This document shows, in pieces, positions 10,027 through 17,356 of a stretch of 64,000 nt of DNA. The stretch is from Fibrobacterota bacterium. Its GTDB lineage: Bacteria > Fibrobacterota > Fibrobacteria > UBA5070. Both the position numbers and the translations under genes were made by a program. The notes beneath the pieces are model-generated. The model was not told where the DNA came from. It ran no database searches and saw nothing but the letters and a program-made list of their open reading frames with translations. Within the stretch, counting starts at the first letter, position 1, and the number at the start of each line of letters is the position of its first letter. The stretch is taken from assembly GCA_029557215.1 (NCBI GenBank), contig JAKPQQ010000116.1:10103-74102 (forward strand), read 5' to 3'.

Positions 10027-11370
10027 ATGATCAAGGCAGCCGTTCTCGCGTTCGCGATTCTTTGCCAGGTCGCCCAAGCGGCGGATTCCACCACCAAGTG
10101 GGTGGGCACCTGGACCACCGCGCCGCAGCTGGTGGAAACCAACAACAATCCCCCGTCGCCGGGTCTGACCAACAACACCCTGCGCCAGATCGTGCGGATT
10201 TCCATTGGGGGCGACACCCTGCGCGTGAAGTTCTCCAACGACTTCAGCACCGGCGCCACGACCCTGAAATCCGTCTCGATCGCCGCCTCCAAGGGCGGGA
10301 GCGCCATCGACGCGCTCACCTCCAAGGCGCTGACCTTCAAGGGAAGCGCCTCGGTCACCATGGACGCGAAAACGTCGGTGGTCTCCGATCCCGTCGCGTT
10401 CCAGGCATCGTCCCGGATGGACATCGCCATCACCATCGTCTTCGGCCAAACATCGGCCAGCGTCACCGGCCACCCCGGATCCCGCACCACGTCCTACATC
10501 CTGGCCGGCGACAAGGCGGCCTCGACGGATTTCGCCGGATCGGTCAAGACCGAACACTGGTACGCGATCAACACGATCGACGTGCTGGCTCCGCGCAGCG
10601 CGGGAGCCGTGGCGATCCTGGGCAACTCCATCACCGACGGTCGCGGTTCCACCACCGACCAGCAGAACCGCTGGCCCGACATCCTGTCGGCGGCGCTGCT
10701 CGGGAACGCCAAGACCCGGCAGGTGGGTGTGCTCAACCTGGGGATCGGCGGCAATTGGGTGCTCGATGGCGGCGGACTGGGGCCCAGCGGTGTGAGCCGC
10801 TACCAGCGCGACATCCTGGACCAGTCGGGTGTCAAATGGGTGGTGGTGTTCGAAGGCGTCAACGACATCGGGAGCGGCGGCGTCAATTCGGCCGCGGCCG
10901 CCAAGACCAGGTCCGACAACCTGATCGCCGCCTACAAGGACATGATTTCCAAGGCCAAAGCCAAAGGACTCAAGGTCTACGGCGCGACCATCATGGCCTT
11001 CAACGGCAACAGCTACTACAACCAGTACAGCGAGTCCTGCCGCGCCACGGTGAACCGCTGGATCCGCACCGGCGGGTTCTACGACGCGGTGATCGATTTC
11101 GACAGGCTCACGCGTAGCGCCACCGACACGACCAGACTCGGCATCGCCACCTTCCAGAACGACGGCCTGCACCCCGACGCCGCCGGTTACAAGAAGATGG
11201 GCGAATCGATCGACCTGGAACTGTTCGTGGATCCCACCGCCGCCGTCGAGCCTTCGAGCGCGCGCCCCGGCCACGCCAAGATCGCGCCCAAGGCCGCCGT
11301 GACCACCCAGGGTCGCTCCTTGACCACCGAGTACGGCGCCCACCGCATCGACGGCACGCCCGCGCGATAG
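10027..11370 (+). CDS. secreted SGNH/GDSL esterase with N-terminal beta-sandwich domain
   Basis: ATG at 10027 after GGAG. Signal MIKAAVLAFAILCQVAQA. SGNH blocks ILGNSITDG, GIGGN, FEGVNDI and NDGLHP. Confidence 0.75.
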   Translation: MIKAAVLAFAILCQVAQAADSTTKWVGTWTTAPQLVETNNNPPSPGLTNNTLRQIVRISIGGDTLRVKFSNDFSTGATTLKSVSIAASKGGSAIDALTSKALTFKGSASVTMDAKTSVVSDPVAFQASSRMDIAITIVFGQTSASVTGHPGSRTTSYILAGDKAASTDFAGSVKTEHWYAINTIDVLAPRSAGAVAILGNSITDGRGSTTDQQNRWPDILSAALLGNAKTRQVGVLNLGIGGNWVLDGGGLGPSGVSRYQRDILDQSGVKWVVVFEGVNDIGSGGVNSAAAAKTRSDNLIAAYKDMISKAKAKGLKVYGATIMAFNGNSYYNQYSESCRATVNRWIRTGGFYDAVIDFDRLTRSATDTTRLGIATFQNDGLHPDAAGYKKMGESIDLELFVDPTAAVEPSSARPGHAKIAPKAAVTTQGRSLTTEYGAHRIDGTPAR

Positions 11371-11502
11371 CGTTCGCGAACCCTGCGGCCCACCTGGAGC
11401 CTTGGGGTTCCGGCAATCAAGAGATCCTTCCGAATCGACAGTGGTTTCCCACCGATCCGCCATTAGGTTCTTTGGCGTTGTTTGGAACACAGGGGGATCG
11501 TC

Positions 11503-12672
11503 GTGGCGTCTTCGCGCATCGTGATCGGCATGGCATTGGCGGCGGGGGCGGCGCTGGCGGGGCTGTCGGGCGAAGTCCGGCTTCCCGACGGCCAAGGGCT
11601 GTCCGGCGTGTCCATCGCGCTGCGGGGCCGGCCCGAACTCACCACCACTTCGGGGCAGGCGGGGCGCTGGTCGCTGGGGTCCGTCGCCGTCCATCGCCGG
11701 CCGTCTGACATTTTCCGTCCAACCCGGAATCTGTCGTGGCGCGACGGCCGGTTGGAGGTCGTGTTCCAGGGGCGGTCGGCCGACGGAAGCCTGGCCCTGC
11801 ACCCTGCGCACCCCGCGTTCGTCCCGAACATTTCCGCACGCGCCCATGCGGCGCTCGACACGCTGGACTTTTCCCTGTGCGCGGCCAAGGTCAGCCTGCC
11901 CGTGGGCACTCTCGATTCGGGTTCGATCGTGGTCGTGCTCGACACCGCCGGGGCGGTCCGGTCGTGCGACGCCTCGGTGCCGACGATTCCCCTCCTGGGG
12001 TTCCCCACCAGCTGGGGCAACGTCACCACCTACGGAGGCGTGGACACCTCCCTGACGTCGTCGGGCGGGGCGTGCAACTACGGGGCCACCAAAATCCGTC
12101 ACTACGCCGCCATCCAGGTGAACCTGCTTCCGGGCGACGCGGCGGGGCAATGGAAGGACGGACGCGCCTGCGGGCAGGGCGCCTTGGTGCGCGCCTACAC
12201 CCCCCAGGGCGTCAGGGAAGTCCATGTGCGCATCATGGACAAATGCCCCGACCCCCACTGCGGGATCGATCTGGGCGGCGCGCCCGCGGCGGCGATCATG
12301 GGCGTGCAGGCGGGCCGCTACCAGGGCGAGTGGACGTTCGTGAGCTGCAAGGGGCACCCCGAACTCTTCGACGGACCCACCCACTTGTGGACCAAGGAAG
12401 GCACCAGCACGTTTTGGTCGCTGGTGCAGGTGCGCAACCCCTGGACGGCCGTCGCGGCCTTGAGCTGGCGGCCCGTCGCGACTCCCGACACCCCGTGGTC
12501 CGACATGCCTTGGGCCACCGAAGCGGAAAACTTCTTCAAGGTCCCGTCGGGGCTGTTCGCGCAAACCGATTCCGTCGAGATCCTGGTGCGCTACGTCGAT
12601 TCCACCTCGCACGGCATCCGCCTGGCGCCGCTGGACCTTTCGAGACCCCAAGCCTCCTACCCGCTGGAATAG
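11503..12672 (+). CDS. expansin-like protein (DPBB domain plus CBM63-like domain) with N-terminal CarboxypepD_reg-like domain
   Basis: GTG at 11503, 6 nt after AGGGGG. Signal VASSRIVIGMALAAGAALAG. Motifs TSSGGACNYG and VRIMDKCPDPHCGIDLGGAPAAAIMG match the expansin domain-1 pattern. WTFVSC...TKEGTSTFWSLVQVRN matches the domain-2 pattern. Confidence 0.6.
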   Translation: MASSRIVIGMALAAGAALAGLSGEVRLPDGQGLSGVSIALRGRPELTTTSGQAGRWSLGSVAVHRRPSDIFRPTRNLSWRDGRLEVVFQGRSADGSLALHPAHPAFVPNISARAHAALDTLDFSLCAAKVSLPVGTLDSGSIVVVLDTAGAVRSCDASVPTIPLLGFPTSWGNVTTYGGVDTSLTSSGGACNYGATKIRHYAAIQVNLLPGDAAGQWKDGRACGQGALVRAYTPQGVREVHVRIMDKCPDPHCGIDLGGAPAAAIMGVQAGRYQGEWTFVSCKGHPELFDGPTHLWTKEGTSTFWSLVQVRNPWTAVAALSWRPVATPDTPWSDMPWATEAENFFKVPSGLFAQTDSVEILVRYVDSTSHGIRLAPLDLSRPQASYPLE

Positions 12673-12751
12673 GGCGCCTCCCCGGTTCGCCGCCAAAGCG
12701 GTTATTTTTGCGTTCCCCACCGATTGCCGCCGTACCACCGCTGGAGACACG

Positions 12752-13561
12752 ATGCCCTACAAGATGGTTGTGCTGGATCTGGACGACACCCTCCTTCGCC
12801 ACGACCTGACGATTTCCGACCGCACCCGCGACGCCCTGATGCGCGCGCAGCGGCAAGGCGTGCGCGTGGTGCTGGCGTCGGGCCGACCCACCGGCGCGAT
12901 CTGGCGCTACGCCAAGGAGCTGGAGATCGCCCGCCACGGGGGCTACATCATTTCGTTCAACGGCGCGGTGGTCACCGATTGCGCCACCGAGCGGCCCATC
13001 TTCCAGCAGGCGCTGCCCAAGGAGACCATCCACGAACTGTTCGACCACAGCGTGGAACACGGCGCGCACATCCTGTCGTACGTGGACGACCAGATCGTGA
13101 CCGCCCAGGCCAACGAGTGGGCCGACATCGAACAAAAGCTCACCGGCATGGACATGCGCGAGGCTCCCGATTTCAAGGGCGCGATCCAGCAGGACGCGAT
13201 CAAGGTGATCCTGCTGCAGGAGCCCGCCTACCTGAAGCAGGTGTCGGAAAAGCTCCGTCCGCTGGTGCAGGACCGCATGAACATGGTGATCTCCAAGCCG
13301 TACTTCCTGGAATTCACCGACAAGGGCATCGACAAGCGGTTCAGCCTGGCGATGCTGTGCGAAAAGCTCGAGATCCTCCCGTCGGAGGTCATGGCGATCG
13401 GCGACAGCTACAACGACGTGGGCATGATCCAGTTCGCGGGCCTGGGCATCTGCATGGCCAACGGCCCGGCGGATGTGCAGGCGATCGCCGACCACGTGAC
13501 CGAAAGCAACATGGACGACGGCATCGCCGTGGCGCTGGATCGGTTCGTGTTCGGGGACTGA
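12752..13561 (+). CDS. Cof-type HAD-IIB sugar phosphatase (YidA-like)
   Basis: Motif I VVLDLDDTLL. Cap-domain length typical of the Cof subfamily. Motif IV GDSYNDVGM. Confidence 0.85.
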   Translation: MPYKMVVLDLDDTLLRHDLTISDRTRDALMRAQRQGVRVVLASGRPTGAIWRYAKELEIARHGGYIISFNGAVVTDCATERPIFQQALPKETIHELFDHSVEHGAHILSYVDDQIVTAQANEWADIEQKLTGMDMREAPDFKGAIQQDAIKVILLQEPAYLKQVSEKLRPLVQDRMNMVISKPYFLEFTDKGIDKRFSLAMLCEKLEILPSEVMAIGDSYNDVGMIQFAGLGICMANGPADVQAIADHVTESNMDDGIAVALDRFVFGD

Positions 13562-13602
13562 ACGAACCGGGCGTCTGGAATCGGCGGGAGAGCGAAAGCG
13601 GC

Positions 13603-13654
13603 AGGACCACCCCGTCCGGCTTTGCCGTCCACCCCTCCAGCGGAGGGGAATTTT
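13603..13654 (+). repeat. dispersed hairpin repeat, copy A
   Basis: ACCACCCCGTCCGGCTTTGCCGTCCACCCCTCCAGCGGAGGGGAAT. Shares about 45 nt with copies at 16327, 16792, 16985 and an inverted copy at 16869. Contains the hairpin CCCCTCC-AGC-GGAGGGG. Confidence 0.8.
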
Positions 13655-13862
13655 AGCAGCAGGGGGGGGAGCGCTTCCGGCCAAGTCGCCATTGGGGTCT
13701 GTCTCGGTATCCAAAGCCGATTGCAAATAGGATCACTCGGGGATCACCAGGATCTGGTGGGAGCCCGCCAGATACCATGGAATCCGAGGGCCAGACCAGG
13801 TGGTCCGACCACGTACGGGGCGTTCGCGATGGATCGGTTCGTGAACACCGGTTCGAACCCGG

Positions 13863-14402
13863 CTATCGCAACACGATTTCCGACACGTGCACGTAGTCCC
13901 CGTGTCCTTCGGGCGACAGCGTCCGCTTCACCCAGATGCGAATCAGCTTCTTTTCCATGGCCGCGGGCAACCTCGCTTCGCCCCAGTTCCCGCGCACCCT
14001 GACTCCGTCTTCCAACCGGAAGTAACTGCCGGTTTTTGTCGCCAAGTCATCCGCGTCGTCGGCCGCCTCGAAATACCACTCGTCTTCGTCGATGTCCGGA
14101 TACCCGGCCTGCCCGGCATGGACCCTGACGGCCTGGAACCTCGCCTTGCGCTTGAACTCGAGTTCGATGAACATCGGATTGACGTTCGCCGAACGAGCCA
14201 GCGTCCCCGTGTCGCCATCGAACAACCGCGACGGATCGCCGATGTCGATCTCCGAAGTCCTCACGACCGCATCGCCCGACGCCAAGAGCGCCTCGACATC
14301 CACGAGCGCGACACTTTCCGTCGACTGGAGCACGAAACAGGAGCAAAGCAGGCACCCCGCAAACAGGAACACCGGCACCGTTCGAATGCCAGCCCCACCC
14401 AC
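13863..14402 (-). CDS. hypothetical lipoprotein with galactose-binding/discoidin-like fold suggestion
   Basis: ORF 13863..14456 has strong G/C third-position bias. Probable GTG start at 14402 after GGGGG gives the signal GGAGIRTVPVFLFAGC with lipobox LFAGC. The function guess rests only on a beta-rich, acidic composition. Confidence 0.45.
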   Translation of the reverse strand: MGGAGIRTVPVFLFAGCLLCSCFVLQSTESVALVDVEALLASGDAVVRTSEIDIGDPSRLFDGDTGTLARSANVNPMFIELEFKRKARFQAVRVHAGQAGYPDIDEDEWYFEAADDADDLATKTGSYFRLEDGVRVRGNWGEARLPAAMEKKLIRIWVKRTLSPEGHGDYVHVSEIVLR

Positions 14403-14517
14403 CGAACGCCCCCATCTCACGCGCAGCTCGCTCCGACAACCCTCGAACCGTTTCAATTCAAGCCTCCCATGATTCCATTCAGAAGTTCAGTTCTTTTATG
14501 CTCATTCAGCGTTCCTA

Positions 14518-15183
14518 TTACTCAGGTTCCGGAAATTTCCATTGGATAGTGGCTTGCCACATCCATGGTTGCCAAGCATCTGTCGTTTTTCCAACTCGAA
14601 AATCCAATTCACAAGCCTTCCAGCCACCTGAAATTCGCCCATAGGGAACGAGATGGCGACTCCATGTTGTCGGCTCTCTCGTTCCACCCCAGCTGTAATC
14701 GATGAACGAAACACTCCGAATCATCGCGTACCCACCGCCGACTGAAATGTTCCGAGTTCCTGTCATGGCCTCAAACCCTCCAATCGAGCCAGCTCGCGGG
14801 TCGATTCCTGCCCAAACACTCCCAACCAACATGCGGATCGGCTGGAAGGAAAGACTCGCAGAAATCTGTCCAGAGGTGAACATATTGTAATCAGCCTGAA
14901 TCCCCAAAATGCCATATTTCAAGAAATGGTGACGGAAACTAGCTCCAACGCTGCCAAAATAATCGTTGTATTTAACTGGGTCATCGGTATACCTTATGCT
15001 AGACTCTGGCGCGGTTCCAATCAACGCATGATTTTCCACTTTTCCAGATGGAATAGTAGAAGGCAGGTTCATGATATGAGCCGGTCCAGCACATCCGGAA
15101 AGTCCTTCCAAGAAAAAGATCCCCACAAGCAATGCGAAAATCAGGTTCAAACCATCTCGCTTCCGGCTAGGATTGCATATCAT
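14518..15183 (-). CDS. hypothetical lipoprotein (beta-rich)
   Basis: ATG at 15183 gives MICNPSRKRDGLNLIFALLVGIFFLEGLSGC with lipobox LSGC. Lies in a visibly AT-richer segment. No family recognised. Confidence 0.5.
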   Translation of the reverse strand: MICNPSRKRDGLNLIFALLVGIFFLEGLSGCAGPAHIMNLPSTIPSGKVENHALIGTAPESSIRYTDDPVKYNDYFGSVGASFRHHFLKYGILGIQADYNMFTSGQISASLSFQPIRMLVGSVWAGIDPRAGSIGGFEAMTGTRNISVGGGYAMIRSVSFIDYSWGGTREPTTWSRHLVPYGRISGGWKACELDFRVGKTTDAWQPWMWQATIQWKFPEPE

Positions 15184-15206
15184 GCGATCATCTTCGCTGC
15201 AGTATT

Positions 15207-15608
15207 TTATTGCGAAACCCAATTTTCCACTTGCAAATTCGGAACCCGTAGGAATTCCTTGGTGTTATTCGTTACAACACAACAATGATTGGCTGCCGCG
15301 ATCGAAGCAATCAGAAGATCCATTGGGCCAATGATATTCCCAGTCTTTTCCATGGCTGCTCGAATTCTGCCGTAGAATTCAGCGGCTTTTGCATCAAAGG
15401 GTAGAATTTCAAACGGAGTCAAAAATTCATACAGGCGAGCGCGTGCTGCATCAGGATTTTGACTTTTTGCTGCTCCAAACTCCATTTCAGCAACGGTTAA
15501 TGAAGAAACGCAGACATTGTCTATGCCCGCGTTCTCGATTTTCACCCGAATGGATTCAAAGCGATTTTTTAAGGTATAGATAATGATGTTCGTATCTAGC
15601 AGGAACAT
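15207..15608 (-). CDS. vapC: type II toxin VapC (PIN-domain ribonuclease)
   Basis: MFLLDTNIIIY (PIN Asp), ...LLIASIAAANHCCVVTNNTKEF. The ATG at 15608 shares one base with the vapB stop (TGATG). Confidence 0.85.
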   Translation of the reverse strand: MFLLDTNIIIYTLKNRFESIRVKIENAGIDNVCVSSLTVAEMEFGAAKSQNPDAARARLYEFLTPFEILPFDAKAAEFYGRIRAAMEKTGNIIGPMDLLIASIAAANHCCVVTNNTKEFLRVPNLQVENWVSQ

Positions 15609-15841
15609 CAAAAAATTTCCTCGCGAATTTGATGCGGATCATTATCCCGAGTTGGAATCGCGTCTTCTGGATAGTCCCTGATTGCATTTTCAAATATATC
15701 AAGAACTTTGCTTTTAGGCATGACCATTAGCACATCGCCAATTTTGCGCATGAAGAGGTCTTCGTCCTCATCAAAGCGGAATTCCTTAGGGATACGAAGC
15801 GCTTGGCTTCTTCCGTTCATAAAGGGCTTTGTCAAGACCAT
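15608..15841 (-). CDS. vapB: type II antitoxin VapB (AbrB/SpoVT-like, VagC family)
   Basis: 77 aa. NGRSQALRIPKEFRF swapped-hairpin motif. Immediately upstream of and coupled to vapC. Confidence 0.8.
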   Translation of the reverse strand: MVLTKPFMNGRSQALRIPKEFRFDEDEDLFMRKIGDVLMVMPKSKVLDIFENAIRDYPEDAIPTRDNDPHQIREEIF

Positions 15842-16326
15842 GTGGACCTCCTGAATCCTTGTAATATACCGCCATATATCACAAAAAGCAAGTTTTCCAA
15901 TAACTTGTAGCTAGATCAAGCCGGCGCTCCCTGGCACCTGGGGCAAGGGAAGGGAAGTGGCAGCACCAAGTGGTGCGCGGACACTTCCCCTACCATGCGG
16001 TGCCGACAAATTACGGCAGTCTGAAGGCGTTCCAAAGCCACGAGATCCACTTGTGGCGATGTTTGCCCAGGCTCAAATCCGGCTTTGTCTTCAAAATATG
16101 CCGCTGACGGCGCGGCTCACGGTCGCATCTACGGGTCAAACACACACGCCACCGTCGACGCGGCAGGAACATAGACACACCAAGCTGGAGAATCACCGAG
16201 GGTCAAGACGGCTCGCTTTGCTGGGTCACTCCGAAAACTAGACCTTTCCCTCGAGTTTTGTCGCCAAAATGCTGCCAACCAGAACCGCAGACCACCCCGT
16301 GCTTCGCAGGAGCGACGAGCGACAGG

Positions 16327-16371
16327 ACCACCCCGTCCGGCTTCGCCGTCCACCCCTCCATAGAGGGGAAT
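16327..16371 (+). repeat. dispersed hairpin repeat, copy B (plus a truncated copy at 16291-16310)
   Basis: ACCACCCCGTCCGGCTTCGCCGTCCACCCCTCCATAGAGGGGAAT. Confidence 0.8.
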
Positions 16372-16757
16372 GGGCTGCAGAAGGCATCTGAGGCGAAGCC
16401 GCTGACCCGCGGCGTGAGCCGCCGAAAACTGTCGGGGGTCCAGGGGGGCGAGTGGAGTCGCAGGGTCGGCCAGCGGCCATCGCCGTAGGTACGGCGATGG
16501 AAGAAAACACCAGTGGCCGACCCGAGAGGGCTAGCCCTCCCTGGTGCCTGGATCCAAGGACCCGGCACGAGGGTCCTTGGCCCGCCGGGGTTCACGGGGG
16601 CGTCGGGCCACGCCCCCGTGGAAGGCTCGCCACCCGCCAGGGTGGCAGTTCAAAGAGCTGACTTTCAGGGCGAGGCACAGATTCGACGGACCACAAGTTT
16701 TCAGGGCGAGGCGTGCCTGCGCCTTCGGCGCACCGCCGGAGCTTGAACGCGTGCGGT

Positions 16758-16846
16758 CGCCCCCACGGAACAACAGAAGGCCAAGCGGCAGACCACCCCG
16801 TCCGGCTCCGCCGTCCACCCCTCCATAGAGGGGAATGAACCGCAGA
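16758..16846 (+). repeat. dispersed hairpin repeat, extended copy C
   Basis: CGCCCCCACGGAACAACAGAAGGCCAAGCGGCAGACCACCCCGTCCGGCTCCGCCGTCCACCCCTCCATAGAGGGGAATGAACCGCAG. About 90 nt are nearly identical to copy E, which lies 193 nt downstream. Confidence 0.8.
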
Positions 16847-16868
16847 GGGCAGCATAGGCGCCTTGTTC

Positions 16869-16911
16869 AATTCCCCTCCCGTGGAGGGGTACGCCGAAGG
16901 CGGGGGGTGGT
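16869..16911 (-). repeat. dispersed hairpin repeat, inverted and diverged copy D
   Basis: The plus strand reads AATTCCCCTCCCGTGGAGGGGTACGCCGAAGGCGGGGGGTGGT. This is the reverse complement of the family consensus. Confidence 0.65.
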
Positions 16912-16950
16912 TTTGCTCAATGCCGGCAACCCGGTGGTCGCCAGCGCACG

Positions 16951-17040
16951 CGCCCCCACGGAGCAGCAGAAGGCCAAGCAGCAGACCACCCCGTCCGGCT
17001 CTGCCGTCCACCCCTCCGGAGGAGGGGAATGAGCTGCAAA
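16951..17040 (+). repeat. dispersed hairpin repeat, extended copy E
   Basis: CGCCCCCACGGAGCAGCAGAAGGCCAAGCAGCAGACCACCCCGTCCGGCTCTGCCGTCCACCCCTCCGGAGGAGGGGAATGAGCTGCAAAG. Confidence 0.8.
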
Positions 17041-17356
17041 GCCGCATCCACCGCGCCAGGGGGCGTCGCCCGCATGGGGCGTGACACCGCAGGTGGCACG
17101 ACGAGGCCACGAGAACTGTAGGGGCGACCGCTACGGCAGGCACAAAGCAGGCGGGGCACCTTTAGGTGCCAGTCATGAATCGCCCGGAAACAGCGTGGCC
17201 GAGCAGCACCCGGCCCCGCCGGAGCGTCGGCGGGGAGGCGCCCGATCCCGTCGCTCGGGAAATCCGGGTAAACATGCGCGTCGCGCACCGGTAGAATGCC
17301 CACCTCCGAGACATCGTCTCTACCAGAGGGCGCAGGGGTGCTATTTTTCCCTCCCT

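Noticed and set aside
9904-12750. Very long ORFs with R/G/P/H/D-rich translations. Examples: 9904..12750 minus, 288..1673 plus, 520..1701 minus, 39470..42793 plus, 59275..62196 plus, and the first roughly 925 codons of 24876..31118 minus.
   Set aside because: They run antisense or out of frame to genes with clear family motifs. They have low-complexity Arg/Gly/Pro composition and no motifs. This is typical of shadow ORFs in high-GC DNA.
13603-17040. Repeated GC-rich elements considered as a CRISPR array.
   Set aside because: Spacing is irregular (36 nt to 2.7 kb) and one copy is inverted. The copies are imperfect and no cas genes are present.
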